Source of the DNA: Catajapyx aquilonaris
Taxonomy: Eukaryota
Assembly: GCA_000934665.2 (NCBI GenBank)
Contig: JYFJ02003558.1
Span: 1 to 40,189, forward strand
DNA length: 40,189 bases
Direction: 5' to 3'
Shown here: positions 10,929 through 23,400 of the stretch, piece after piece
How positions within the stretch are numbered: position 1 is the first letter of the stretch
Layout: every line of letters begins with the position of its first letter
Program-made: the position numbers and the translations under genes
The notes under the pieces: generated by a model
The model's database searches: none
Told to the model about the DNA's origin: nothing
What the model saw: the letters and a program-made list of their open reading frames with translations, nothing else

Positions 10929-12242
10929 ACAGAAATGAAATTTAATAGATAGCCTGGTACTCTACGCATCAGCACCAGCACCCACCGACTCGAGTGTTAA
11001 AGACCTCTGAATCGTGACGGCCTCTTTTTGATGGTCGCCATAGTGAGCTGATAAAAAGAACAAAACATACGACCGGTACTGTAGGTTCACTCAACTCATG
11101 CCACTATCAACATAGATGGCCATGATCAGAAACAATAGCAGTAAGAGGGCGGGTCTGTTTTTAAATAGGATACATGTCACCCTGCAGTTTTCCAGGCTAA
11201 AATTCCAGCAGGGTAAGATTCAGCCTGTAGCGTACCCAAATGACCAAAAGACGTAAGGAAAACAAATAAATTTTGTCCAATCAAAGCAAACATGTTTGTT
11301 GCACCCGCTGAAACTACAATCATTCTGGGAGTCGTGTAAGTTTTTTTTTTCACAATAGAAGTATACTCACAATCATGTACGGTCAAGGGCAAGTAGTTAT
11401 CCACACTTCCACAGCTCAAAATCGATATGGGGGTAGGGGATACACTTGACAGTTTTCTTTTCAGTGTGCAGAGTCAGAGACGTGGATACGTGCTGTTTGT
11501 GATTTATACCAACATAGTGTTGTAAAGCCCTGTAAAAATCGGGTTCTTTTTGAGGGAAAAGCCAGATTTTTCCGAGGTCTCTGAAAAATTGCCAATTTTC
11601 GCTATTTTGAAAACCCGATTTTTTTAAACAATAGGCGACTATACATAAATGAACTTCTCCATATTTCAGTTTACAAGGTTGGTTTTAACCAATGTCACAA
11701 TAAGTCACTCGTCTCTATTTTCATTTCATTGGAAAGTGCATTTGTGTGCGATATATCAAATTAACTGGTTTGAATTCTGCAGTATGTATAATGATAAAGT
11801 TTAAACTTTTATGTTGGATATTTTTGTCCAAATCTTTAAAAAGTTACCAGACTACTACAGCCATATATCTGACCCAATCACTGGGGGAAGCCTTGCAGAA
11901 ACCTCCTGTTGCAATGATTGGGTCGTTGAATCTATACCTCTGTCCTTCGGGGATTCCCTAGAAAAGCAAGCACGACCGAAGAAGTGACAGGTTCATTTCC
12001 TAGATATCTGATTGTTAATAACAAGATTTGAAGTTATTTATTATAGAGAAGCCAGTGATACATTTATAATGCTCATAAAAAGCAAAGGAGTTTCTGAAAA
12101 ATGTCCACCGCTTGCAGGAAAAATCCATTTTATAAAAACTTTTTTTTCTCCATATAGTCAAAATTCCCGGCGTTTTTTTTTTACATCACAGCGTTCCACA
12201 GTATAGGCTACAGTGCACCTTATATTAGTAGCCTACACTAAT

Positions 12243-12382
12243 GTATGGAAAACCAAACTACGATCTGACGTCATCGTTTCTTCCATTGTTGCTTTTTGTT
12301 GACACTGTTTACTCATATTGTTCTGTGAGGGTATTTCCATGGAAACCTCGATGACGTCAGATCCTTCTATCATTTTCCGTAC
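12243..12382. repeat. Short inverted-repeat element with two TGACGTCA palindromes
   Basis: gtatggaaaa..gatctgacgtcatcg pairs with cgatgacgtcagatc..ttttccgtac. Confidence 0.6.
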
Positions 12383-12899
12383 CAGTTGTGTTGCGAATTA
12401 GAATGGGAGGAATGGGAGTAGGGCTATACCAGCATATTTCATTTCATGCAGCCATTATACTTGCGATACCCAAATTTGATTGACTTATGGCAGAGAGTGG
12501 CAGGAGAGCCGGAAAATGTTCCGAAAGGGTACCCTGCCCTGACCCTCGCCCTGACCTTTTCTCCTACACCCACATGAATATGGGTTGTGGCTCAAGAAAA
12601 TCCACAAGCCCTAGTTTACTCTAGTATAACTATATACTGAGAGAACAATAATTGCACACCTGCCGCTGACAATGACGTCCATTGAAAGGCTGCTGCAATT
12701 TTAGGTCAGGTACGTGGTCAGGTGTATCCTTCACCCGCCTTATTTGAAAAAGGTGGTCTGTTGCATTCACACCGCCTTAGAATAACCAACTCCTTATCAC
12801 TATTAAATTATTAATAGCTACAATTAAGTTCGAGTTCGACTGTTTCGGAATGAACAGTCCAGAACACGTCCAGAACGACAACAACCAGGTCTATATCAC

Positions 12900-13271
12900 G
12901 TCTATTATGGTCATAGGTCTATGCGCATAGTTCGTGATCATGCTCCCGTTACCCATCGCGTCGTCAGGGGCCCCCAAAAGCTATGGTTAACTAGCTACAC
13001 TAATACGCTATATACGACCCTTTTTGTGCTCCTTCCTTCCTTCCTCCAGTGCAGTGTCCCCCTCTGTCGGCGTGTTCGAGGATTGAAAATCGATATATCC
13101 GCCCTGTAGCAGCAGCAGCAGCCGCCGTCGCGGAGAAAGCTAGTGGTCGCAGGCTTTGCATTCTACCTCGCTCCGCTACAAAGTGAACTCATCCTCCTCT
13201 GCTCTGGTTGCATTTGAAGGCTTCTGGGGTCATAGGCTAATCACAGGGAGGGGATAACCACAAACAGGAAG
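12900..13271 (+). promoter_or_regulatory. NAPA proximal promoter / 5' UTR
   Basis: CpG-rich stretch just upstream of ATG 13272; DRE-like ATCGATA near 13089; TSS not determinable from sequence. Confidence 0.5.
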
Positions 13272-13366
13272 ATGGGCGACAGCAACGAGCAGAAAGCCAT
13301 ACAGCTGATGGCTGAGGCAGAAAAGAAACTCAACTCCTCCAAGGGCTTCTTTGGATCACTGTTCGG
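13272..13366 (+). CDS. NAPA: alpha-SNAP exon 1
   Basis: ATG at 13272, [31 protein letters not shown](G), donor GG|gtgagt. Confidence 0.93.
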
Positions 13367-16300
13367 GTGAGTATTGCGGAACTTTCGATGGTACTGCGTA
13401 ATCTGTGAAGAAAAAAGTACGTGCAACTTGGAGGAGTGATTACAAGCAGTATCATGTGCAGAGCTTGATAATTGATTTTCTGGAGTAGGCCCGACTGAGA
13501 GTGGCATTGATTCTGTTACTGAGGTTTAATGTGTTGTGTGATTGTGAGTCAGCCAAGTGGGTCAGTCTCTGGATGATGTATGACATGAGGGAGTTGATGA
13601 GAGGTCATGGTTAAGGAGAGGCCAAAGTGACAACCGATGCATTTTTTTTTTAAGGAGTGGGAGAGGTCAGCATTGTTTGCAAATGTTATGGTGTGTTGTG
13701 TGGGAGGAAGGGAAAATTGCTACATGTAGTTACATAATTGAGAAGCACATTTAAATTGTCTTAGTATTAGCAGAATTCGAAAGTTGGGCCTATGCTTGAA
13801 TAGGAATGCTAGCATATCTCTTTGCGGACAGAGCGTGCCTGCTTTTAAATGCGAAGTAGGCCTATGTATGTGGTCTTAACACGAATTGTTTTATGAAGGA
13901 ACCTAATTATGCTGCATGTATAAGTATTGCTGAACAATTATGGGGAGGTTGAGTGGCGCAATTGAAATATTCACACTTACAGAGGCGACCCCAGGTATGC
14001 CATATTATGCATTAGTTATGCATCACATGGCAACTTCATGTAACTATAAAAGCTTGCCATGCCAGTACATCTCTACGGTCAGACCAAGGCTGGGATGGGT
14101 TGGGGTATGAAGATGACATTTAGATAAGGTGATTGCCACGTGTTTTGGGCTGAACTGGACTAGTGAGATGGTAAGGTGTAGTTACAGGGTGATGTGCAGG
14201 ATTTTGTGAGCGTTACACTTTTCTAAAGTGGCAAAATAGCGTAGAATTCAGGATGTGGGAGAGGACTGCCGTTCACTACTGGAAACATTTGCCCACTTAA
14301 ATACTGATACAGTTTTTGGTTTAAACCATTTTAAAATATTTGTCCTTATACAGTACCACCCTCTTGCAGTAGTGGGGCACAAATCGGTACTTAGTCCATT
14401 TGGACCACTGGAACACCAGATATTTTGGTCTTAGGCCTGGGCAAAGGAGGGAGTGTAAGTATGTCTGGGTGTGTTGGTAGACAGGCAGAAAATGATTCAA
14501 CCAAGAAAAGGTGATAGTGAGAGTATTTGAACCACTACCTCCCAGCTAGTGACATAACCACTACAGACTACACCTGTGGGGAGGCGGAGTGGTGCTGCGG
14601 TAGCGTATGCGCCCACGGATGTAAGGGTCCCAGGTTCAATCCCAAGCCTGGGCATTCCCCCCTTCATCTCGCGCAGAGTTCGGGGTCATCTCTGGCTTCG
14701 TCTTGGGTGGGATAGACTAACCACCTGGGGGAGTTCACAAAATGACCATAGCAACAAAATTGCACATCCCCTCCCAGTCACCCTGCCCTCAGACCAGGGC
14801 GCTTCGCAGAAAGGTTCCGTTTGTACATTGTACACCGTATAATAATAAAGGACTGTGCAATATACCCCAAGAGGGGTGAAAGCACTACCTGGATTATTAT
14901 TATTATACTATTATTAACCACTACACTGCTGCCTGTCAAAAAACATTGCATCTGCTGAAAGCAGTAAGGTCAAATTTTTTCTAGGCAACCCACCTAGAAA
15001 CTTGACATCTAGTTGTAGATGCAATGTGTTTTGAAATTGTGGCAGTAATCTACTCTATTAACCATAGCACCCACCATAATCATGAGTCCATGAGGATGAG
15101 AAGGTCTTTCATGCATAATCAAGAGTATTAAATTGATGGGATGTGTAAAGGAGAATGAAACAAAGCAAAGCTCTGTAGAGGCACAAAATGATAGCAATCA
15201 ATAGGCTTTTCAGGAGTTGAGCCGTGATTTGTAGTATTGTAACCTTTGCCATGTACTTGATTCTGCAACTGTGCATATAATGCCTCCAGGCAGTTATCAG
15301 TTGATGCAGCTTTGATAATTACATGCCTAGTTAACAGTGAGGTCTTGCCACATTGTACCTTTATTTATTGAATGGAATCGAATGCCTGGGCATGTGTGGA
15401 TCTAGTTTGAGACAAGTGTATGTTTCCAAATGTGTAATGTGATAGAGAAGTGCCAAGAGTTTTCAAATTTCTTGAACATGTAACAAATTTACCCTCATCA
15501 TATTAAGTAAGTCACCGGGCTATGGCTAAAGGTCACTCCCTCCCATGATGATAAGGCAAGATATTTATTAGGTTAATTATTTTATTTTTACAACAGTTTT
15601 ATTCAGTGGCAGCATGTAATTCGGGAGCATATGTAAACAAATCTGGTGTGCAAAATATGATTCTTTGGGCTCAGAGTGTGACATAGGTTATGATAATGTG
15701 TACACTGAGATGTGACGCAATTAAGATCATACTGGCTACTGTTGAAGGGCCTGTAACTAAGTGTTTGTGACCCGATTGGGAATTGCAGTCTTGTTAAGCC
15801 TGTCTTCAGTAAACCTATATTCTGCTTCGGTTCAGTTACAAGATTCAGGTTCAGGTATAGATCTATCATTATTAATTGTTGGCAACAAGAACTAACAGCA
15901 AGAAACCCTTACCTGAACCTGAATCATTATCTGGTGCAACCTGCCATTAATCTGAGGCACATAATCCAATGTCCTACTTGCCGTGCTCTGCTTTCAGTGC
16001 ATGCATGCCATACAGGCAAATTTTTCCAACTCTCATTGCCAAAAATTATACCTGGTAATAATGTGTTGAATAATCCAGATGTGAAATTAAAGCTGAATGA
16101 CTGAGAAATTCATATTGGTTCTTCTCGTGTGTACTGAATTTTTATTGATGTGGGAAATTCAAGCATCTCTTCAGGTGATTTCTTTTCTCAATTGTGAATT
16201 CGATTGAAATTTTCCCAGCCCCATCAACCCAGTCACTCATACTCGTCATACCCCCTACTTTCTGGGACCCCAAAATCAAGAACAGATATCGCCCCGAGAG

Positions 16301-19111
16301 AAGCTTGCATTTTCTAGATCCATGTTTGTTGAAAGTGGTGTCAAATAAGAAAACAAAATGTAATAAAAATTTAAATTATTTCAGTGGTCCAAGCAAAGTG
16401 GAGGAAGCCATTGAGAATTACATCCGTGCAGCTAACATGTTCAAGATGGCCAAGAAATGGGGAAGCGCAGCCCATGCCTTCTGTGAAGCAGCTCTGCTTC
16501 ACCTTAAGGTTGGCAGCCGTCATGATGCCGCCACAAGCTACGTGGATGCAGCCCAGTGTTACAAGAAGACTGACCCCAACGGTTAGTATATATTCTCAAA
16601 ATTAGTGCATTCTGTCTCCAATGTGTGGATATAGCTGTGTGTCATAACAGTCTTTCCGAGATCGTACATTCTGATTTATCTCTATAAAAGTAATACATCA
16701 AGTGTGCCTGAAATATGATTGTGGTACCTTGCATTTTTCACCTTTTTAATGGGTTACTTTGACACAGGCATAATTTGTTTCTCATTTCCTCCAAACAGAG
16801 GCCGTAAATTGCTTCCTGAAGGCAATTGAAATCTACACTGACATGGGTCGCTTCACCCTGGCGGCAAAGCATCACCAAACCATAGCAGAGATTTACGAAT
16901 CAGAAGTGGTTGACCTGGATCGAGCTATGGGTCACTATGAGCAGGCTGCAGATTACTTCCGGGGAGAAGAGAGCATCTCCTCTGCCAACAAGTGTATGCT
17001 AAAGGTGGCGCAGTATGCTGCACAGCTTGAGAACTATGACAAAGCCATCCAGATTTATGAGCAGGTTGGTGGCAGCACCTTCCAACCCATTTAATATCTC
17101 ACCTACAAAGCCATGCACGCTTTGGTAAACAAATTTTCCTTTGGGATTCCCCCTAGCTCATTAAGGAATCGGCAGAAGCACATGTATGTGAAACACACGT
17201 TTTAAACGCTCCCAAAATAGCATTTACTTTGGGCGGAGGGGAGGTGTCCAAATTCACATTTTTATGACATGCTCAAAATAAAGCACGTACTAAAATCGGT
17301 TTTGCATCCTACAGTTGAGGATAATATTTGTCACTCGTAGTTTGAATTTATTGTTGCTTGTTAAAATTATGGGACTCAAACTAGTGTGCAGCTACTTTCA
17401 CATTTATGATATCTTCTGAGACATACCATATTTAACTAACTTACGCAGGGTGTTTTTAAGTAAACTGCCATGGAGGATGGTCACGAATTCTCACATAATG
17501 GACAGGTGAGGCAATTTCTTGATCTGAAAACCAAAAGACCACATAATTATATGCTGGGAGGAGTCACTGTGGGAGCAATTATTTATGGTTACCCATGTGA
17601 GTAGTAAGAGTATGGTTATGGTTAGGTGACCTGGCTACCAGCCATGGAATCTGGATCATCTGGTCAACAGAGTATCCCGTATCGTAGTGGCATCTCCTAG
17701 ACAAAAATTACTTATGAGAATTTTGGTGAAGGGAATCACCTTGACTGCTTATTGTGGAGGTCTTGACCATTCTGTGCATGTTGATGAATTAGTGAAATGA
17801 GAAGTTACCACTTCTGTGCCTTTCATTCTTGTGGCTTTTAAGTCACTAGCTATTTAATGCTTCACGATCAGTGGCTTGGGGTTCAGTATTGATGCTAATG
17901 CTGAAAGTTAGGGAATATGGTATGACTAAGATACGAGAACCTTTTGGTACTGTAAGTCTACTGTGAAATCTTAAACTTCCTGTAATAATTCTATGTTCTC
18001 TTGAGCATCTGCACTGACTTTATAGATGTTAGTGGGTAACTCTGACTCTGGTTTACCATGAGAGTAGTTATTTCCATTTTGCATATGAAAGAGTACTAGG
18101 AAAATCAAACCCTAAAAGTGTAGCTTATCGCAATTAGTGTTGTTAGTGTTTTTTGGGATGGGCAAGAAAGTCATGCAAAATCAATGTGAATAGGACACCC
18201 TACATTCTCCCTCCCCCCAAACAATGGACTAGACTGCATTGTGCATGCCATTTTACATATGCCATTATTTATGTTGGACACAATAGAAGCCTCTTTTTGT
18301 ACTGCAAAATAGATGACACATCACACATACCCAAAGTATAACCTAGCAATGAGCTAATTCTGGATTATTTTACTCAGGTTGCATCTGCATCCCTGGAGAA
18401 CTCGCTCTTGAAATACTCAGCCAAGGAATACTTCTTCCGTTCTGCCCTATGCCATCTGTGTGTTGATCTTCTCAATGCACAACAAGCAATTGACCGTTAC
18501 CAGGAAATGTACCCAGCATTCCAGGACTCCAGGGAGGCCAAGCTGCTTAAGGTACGTTGAACAGCATACTTTTAAGTCTCTTTGCTTTAGGCATTGGGAA
18601 ACACTGAGAAACTGCTTTATTTTTAAATTAGGCTGGGACTTCAAAATTAAAAATGGATCTGAACCACAAATCTCCTAGTGATGTTTTCAGTTGGTCCGTT
18701 AACTGAATCATTACCAGACTAGATTTGTGGTGTTATTGAGTACTTGTTTAAAATCCTGTATTAAGTCACAGCATTAAGTGTTCCCACTCTAACCATGGAG
18801 TATAGGTGCCAAGCGCACCGTCAGATACCTACAACTGTGGCTAAAACCAGATTTTAAGCATGTGCTCAATAAAATCACAATATTTGTTGCCTCTAGGTGC
18901 CTCCCAATGTGTGCAACCTCAGAAGTGCTGGATTAATCCCCTTGTTTTGTTTGCATTTTAGACCTTGATAGGGCATATGGAGGAGCAGAATGTTGATGGC
19001 TACACAGAGACAGTGAAGGAGTATGATTCCATTTCGCGCCTGGACCAGTGGTTCACAACGATGCTTCTTCGGATCAAGAAGCAAGTGGCTGACAGCCCTG
19101 ATCTCCGCTGA
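13272..19111 (+). CDS. NAPA: Alpha-soluble NSF attachment protein (alpha-SNAP), complete 5-exon gene, 293 aa
   Basis: join(13272-13366,16385-16581,16799-17064,18378-18551,18962-19111)=882 nt; all introns GT-AG, phases consistent. Translation [32 protein letters not shown]...[12 protein letters not shown]...[17 protein letters not shown]...[11 protein letters not shown]...YPAFQDSRE...[30 protein letters not shown] carries the alpha-SNAP motifs and the C-terminal DLR. Confidence 0.97.
14566..14914 (+). mobile_element. tRNA-derived SINE in NAPA intron 1
   Basis: Box A-like gtggtgctgcggt, box B ggttcaatcc, (ATT)n tail; 11-bp TSD taaccactaca (14555-14565, 14915-14925). Confidence 0.82.
16385..16581 (+). 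CDS. NAPA: alpha-SNAP exon 2
   Basis: ttcag| [25 protein letters not shown]...YKKTDPN |gttagt. Confidence 0.95.
16799..17064 (+). CDS. NAPA: alpha-SNAP exon 3
   Basis: aacag| (E)[18 protein letters not shown]...KAIQIYEQ |gttggt. Confidence 0.95.
18378..18551 (+). CDS. NAPA: alpha-SNAP exon 4
   Basis: ctcag| [28 protein letters not shown]...[11 protein letters not shown] |gtacgt; this frame is missed by the ORF track. Confidence 0.95.
18962..19111 (+). CDS. NAPA: alpha-SNAP exon 5 (terminal)
   Basis: tttag| [30 protein letters not shown]...SPDLR* with TGA at 19109-19111. Confidence 0.95.
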   Translation, partial: TLIGHMEEQNVDGYTETVKEYDSISRLDQWFTTMLLRIKKQVADSPDLR

Positions 19112-20307
19112 ACAAATAACAGCCATGGTTTTTTTTTTCCCTGCCACTTGTCAAATTCCTCAATAGCTATGCCACCTGTAACTGTTAAACCCCAACCCAA
19201 TAACACATCGGGGTATATTCGGTCAACATTATTTAAGATAGGAAATCTCATCAAAACAAGTGTATATATAGGCAAAATGCTGGCTGTATAGACATCGATT
19301 CCAAAAAAAGGACATGTTAGGCTTCATCCAGTTGTTTTTCCCCATCCCCACCCACTATTATAAGGATTTTATACAGAGAGTAAGTGAAAGTGTCAGCAAA
19401 CGACATGGAATGATATTTGATGTAATATCCCCACCTGCGAAGAAGGCTACATCACACATTTGAATGCCTCAAATTCCAGATAATTTTGTGCATGTGAAGA
19501 TGGTCTTGCCCACTGGCCGGTTTCTCGAATAGAAAAGCCTGCTGTTATAGGGGATACCAATCAGGTGGGGGCTTAACCTCGGGCGGCCTGTCATGGCTCA
19601 GTAGTCTCCTTTCTCCTGGTCTGAAAAGGTGTTCTATAAAGAGGGGAAGACCAGTAAATTGAGAGCAAGAAAGCACAAGCACAATAGCACATCAAATTTG
19701 AGCATCTGAAATGTCATGGCCCCCATAACTTCTTGGTCTATCATAGTTCACGCTGGCAGTGAGGAATGAAATGTACAGTAGCACGTCAAGGATTCTAAGA
19801 TTATTAGGCACCAGTAGTGAAACCTTCACAAGTGTTTGCTTGTTGAGTGTTATTGGGTTTTAGAAGTTGAAAACACCCCTTTACATTGTGACTTAAGTTG
19901 TATTATATTCTACCCCTCACCAAGCCACCCCAATGCCTTTTTCATGACGTGTTGTAAATAATCTAGATCGCAATGGTCGTATTATTTTTTCTGTTAATAT
20001 TATTTGTTTGCTCACTTGCAGAGCATATTTACATAATGTTATACAGTGTTTGATAGCTGTACATTCAGAACTGTACAGAATTAGCAATGCAAATTTGTGT
20101 TAAGTGTTGAGAATTTTTTACAGGGATTCTTGTTCTTGGATGTTTAAAAAACTTCCTTCCCAACTTGGCTCCGTAATGATTGTTGCAGTCACAAAGGAGT
20201 AAATTATATAGCATTCGAAACTGTTGGGTCCTTCATGCAAAAAAAACAACTTCAATCTCCCTTTTTTTCTGGTGGTTGTCCCAAACTGTAACCTTTACTG
20301 GACTTAA

Positions 20308-20313
20308 AATAAA
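20308..20313 (+). terminator. Candidate NAPA polyadenylation signal AATAAA
   Basis: First canonical hexamer I can find downstream of the NAPA stop. Confidence 0.5.
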
Positions 20314-20353
20314 GTGGAATGAAAAAAAAACTACATGTACAAATCATATCTTC

Positions 20354-20452
20354 TTAAGGTTCACTTGAGGCTGTTTTGTTTGCAGCATCAACCAGATCCC
20401 AAAGCTCGGGGAGTTTATCAACATCAGATTTATCGACACCCATCTTCTTGGC
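20354..20452 (-). CDS. COG2: COG2 exon 9 (terminal)
   Basis: ctcag| AKKMGVDKSDVDKLPELWDLVDAANKTASSEP* TAA; phase 0 matches exon 8. Confidence 0.85.
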   Translation of the reverse strand, partial: AKKMGVDKSDVDKLPELWDLVDAANKTASSEP

Positions 20453-23400
20453 CTGAGAGGAAAACAATTGCTAGTTACAGTACTCTTTCTCTTGGTTTAA
20501 TGTGAATGTAACTGAGGTTTTGCTACATTACGGGGGCTCATATTACACGTGATGGTTAACCCCTTATGGGCTGCAAATGCAGGACAAAATAGTTGACTGG
20601 GATTTCATGGAGAAAAAGCACATGCTAAAGGTACACTCGTTCAGTGTCCACTTGGTATGTTCTCATGACTGCAATGGACCAAAATATGACAAAAAAATTG
20701 CACCATAGTTTTGTGTTTCTAGGCAGAGTAAACCAATTCTGTGGGTCTCAAATGAAAGTGGCATTTTCTATCCTAATTAGGAAACTGCAAGTTAACACTT
20801 CATCACCAACGTGAATCTGCCATACATTGGCTACGACATGGGGTCTTTACGGACCCCACGCAGTTTTAATTTTTTAATTTATTTGACTTAATAGCACTAA
20901 AGCCATTCTTCCCTGCTAAATATTATTCAGCCTGTATTCTCATCTGTATGTGTAAAAAAAATTGATCTCCTGTGACCATTAGTTGAGTCATAAGGGACTT
21001 GAGACTCCGTTATCGCAACTGCGTAGCCTTCCAGCTCGATGCCGTAAGTAATTGTTTATAACAGGGGCGGCATGGTGGTCTAACGGTTACGCCGTTGGCC
21101 AGCCAAGCGGGAGGCCGGGGTTCAAATCCCGTCCCCGTCACCTCTGCTTGGCCGGGTCTTTTTCCGCTTTTCACCCGACATGCCGGGGCAGAATTGCACT
21201 CCCTATCTGCCCGGGGCCAGGAGAAAAGGCCTGGTGTTTTTCGGAAAGTCAGAAATGACGCAAAAATTGCAGCGCCCTCCCTAGGGAACCACCCCCTTCC
21301 CCCTAAGAGGCCACTGGCCTATCACGGGGTAAACTAATAAATAAATAAATAAATAATTGTTTATAACATAAACATTCCCAGCTGCAGGGTCGGAAAGATT
21401 TTGGCTACGATGTGGGGTATATCTGGACCCCACAGGGACGCTTAGCAGCATAAAAATAAAAATAATAAAAATAATTCATACCCCGTTATCAGCCTATCGG
21501 CTCTTTAGGGGGGATGTTTTTGTTTTGCCTGGAACTCTTTGCTTTCATTTTACTGCGCTTTTTGGGATAGGATAGGGACGGAAGGAAGCGGCTGTGGCCT
21601 ATTAACTACGGAAACAACTCCGGAATTTTCCTGGAAGGACCGTGGGAAACCACAGAAAACCACGGTCAGAGTTGCCGACCCCGGGATTTGATCCCAGGAC
21701 CTCCCGATTAGCAGTCGGACACCATATCCCCTACTCCAAACTGCTTCGGTTTAGCAGCATAAAAATACCGGTAACTTGGCAAAAAAAAATTCTACTGATG
21801 TCAAAAATTTTCATTGGATCGAAGAAAGTATGTCTGAGGAATATAGGCCTGCCATTTTTCGTTTCATATAAAATGTATTAATCGCGATGGTATTAACTAC
21901 ATTGTGGGGTCCAAAAAGACCCCATGTTGGTGATTAAGTGTTAAACACAGTATGCCAGGAAAGTCACTTAGGCAAGAAAGACAACCCATCTGTGACACAT
22001 GGCATGAAACAGCCCCCCCCACAACTCCCAACCTAGCCTTATGGTGACAGTTGTGAACTTGTGAACTTAAGAGTCTCCGCCAGCCCAGAATTTGGTGCTG
22101 GCGGCACCCCACAAGCATCTATCTTATGATTTGGGTGGCTAGCTGGGAGTCTGCGAATGTACCCTGGACCCAGCTGGTGGGGAAAGGAAGGTCTGGGTTG
22201 GTTCAGGCGTCCTCCCGCATTTTAAGATGCCTGTGGGGCTACGGCGGAGACTTTCTAAGTACACTACCGTGTCATGGGAGTTGCGGGGGGGAGGGGGGGC
22301 ATGAAAACACACTCATGAGAACAAGGCATAAGCATTACCAGGCAAACTGAGAAGGAAAATAAAATAAAAAATGTACTGACCTCGATAATAAAGGCTTCAA
22401 CATCAATGGCTAACTGCCTCCTGATCTTATCATCATCTGTCATCCCACGACCCGAGTCCATTGCTGATGCACTGGTCTTGTCTCTGGCCTTCTTCAACCT
22501 CCGCAAGCTCTCTTCCATGCGTTGGATCGATGTCAGTACATCCGAGACTGATGAATAATACCTGCAAAATGAATGTCATTCCTTCTTTACCCCAAGCAAT
22601 GTAATACCTCTTGGCTGCTTGTACATAGCATGCATGTCTACATTATTTTACAGAGTGTTTCCATTCTTCTGTCACAAACTTGAGTCAGGCATATTCTACA
22701 TTCAGGGCATATAAGTACCATTTGGCCATAACACTTTGTAAATATATTTCCCCAAAAAATAAACACAACCACATGATGAAAAATACCTTTAGCTACCACT
22801 GGACACAAACTCCATGGTGATCAAGGCATTTTTCAAACTATGACACCAGATTTTACAAGCACTTCACTACCAACCATATTCTTCCATCCCTTGGTCCCTC
22901 TTGCAGTCTTTCGCTTTCCAGAATTTTCTGGAAGTGGCAATGCAATGCAAAGACTCAACAAGAGTGTAGGACTCTAGGTTCTCAAAGGTGGACCACTTGA
23001 ACTGTTCCAGAGTTGAGTAAGGATGGTGTAAGGACATGTTAGGATGGTCACATGTGCTGCCAGGCATGGTGGGTCTTTTACTGTCTTTGAATCGTCCTCT
23101 CAATAGCTTAGGTTGTGGCCTAGACCTTGCACCACATAACCTGCATATGTTTTGCCACTTTCGCAAAATTGTTGGTGGAAAAGAGCACAGGGAGTGACCA
23201 AGATGCAAAGGAACAGGTTTGATAGTAAGAGTACTTAACAAAGGCTTACAAAATCTGGTACCAAGGATAGAAAAATTCTTTGATTGACAGTGTTTGTGTC
23301 CAGTAGTAGCAAAATATACGTGCCTTATGGGGCTGTGTTGATTTTTGGGAATAACTCGTTTAAAAAAATTTACACCCAAGTGGTACTTATTCTTGAAACT

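Larger units (their letters stand above)
20796..21940. mobile_element. piggyBac-type MITE (TTAA) hosting two SINEs, in COG2 intron 8
   Basis: ttaa|cacttcatcaccaacgtg ... catgttggtgattaagtg|ttaa; three internal tggggt-N-gacccca motifs. Confidence 0.82.

Noticed and set aside
14850..14890. Hairpin followed by GAAA, suggesting a hammerhead ribozyme
   Set aside because: The CUGANGA core and stems I/III are missing.
15842..15942. Small inverted repeat gattcaggttcaggta / tacctgaacctgaatc with a tggtgcaacc end
   Set aside because: Probably a decayed Harbinger-like MITE, but termini and TSD could not be defined.
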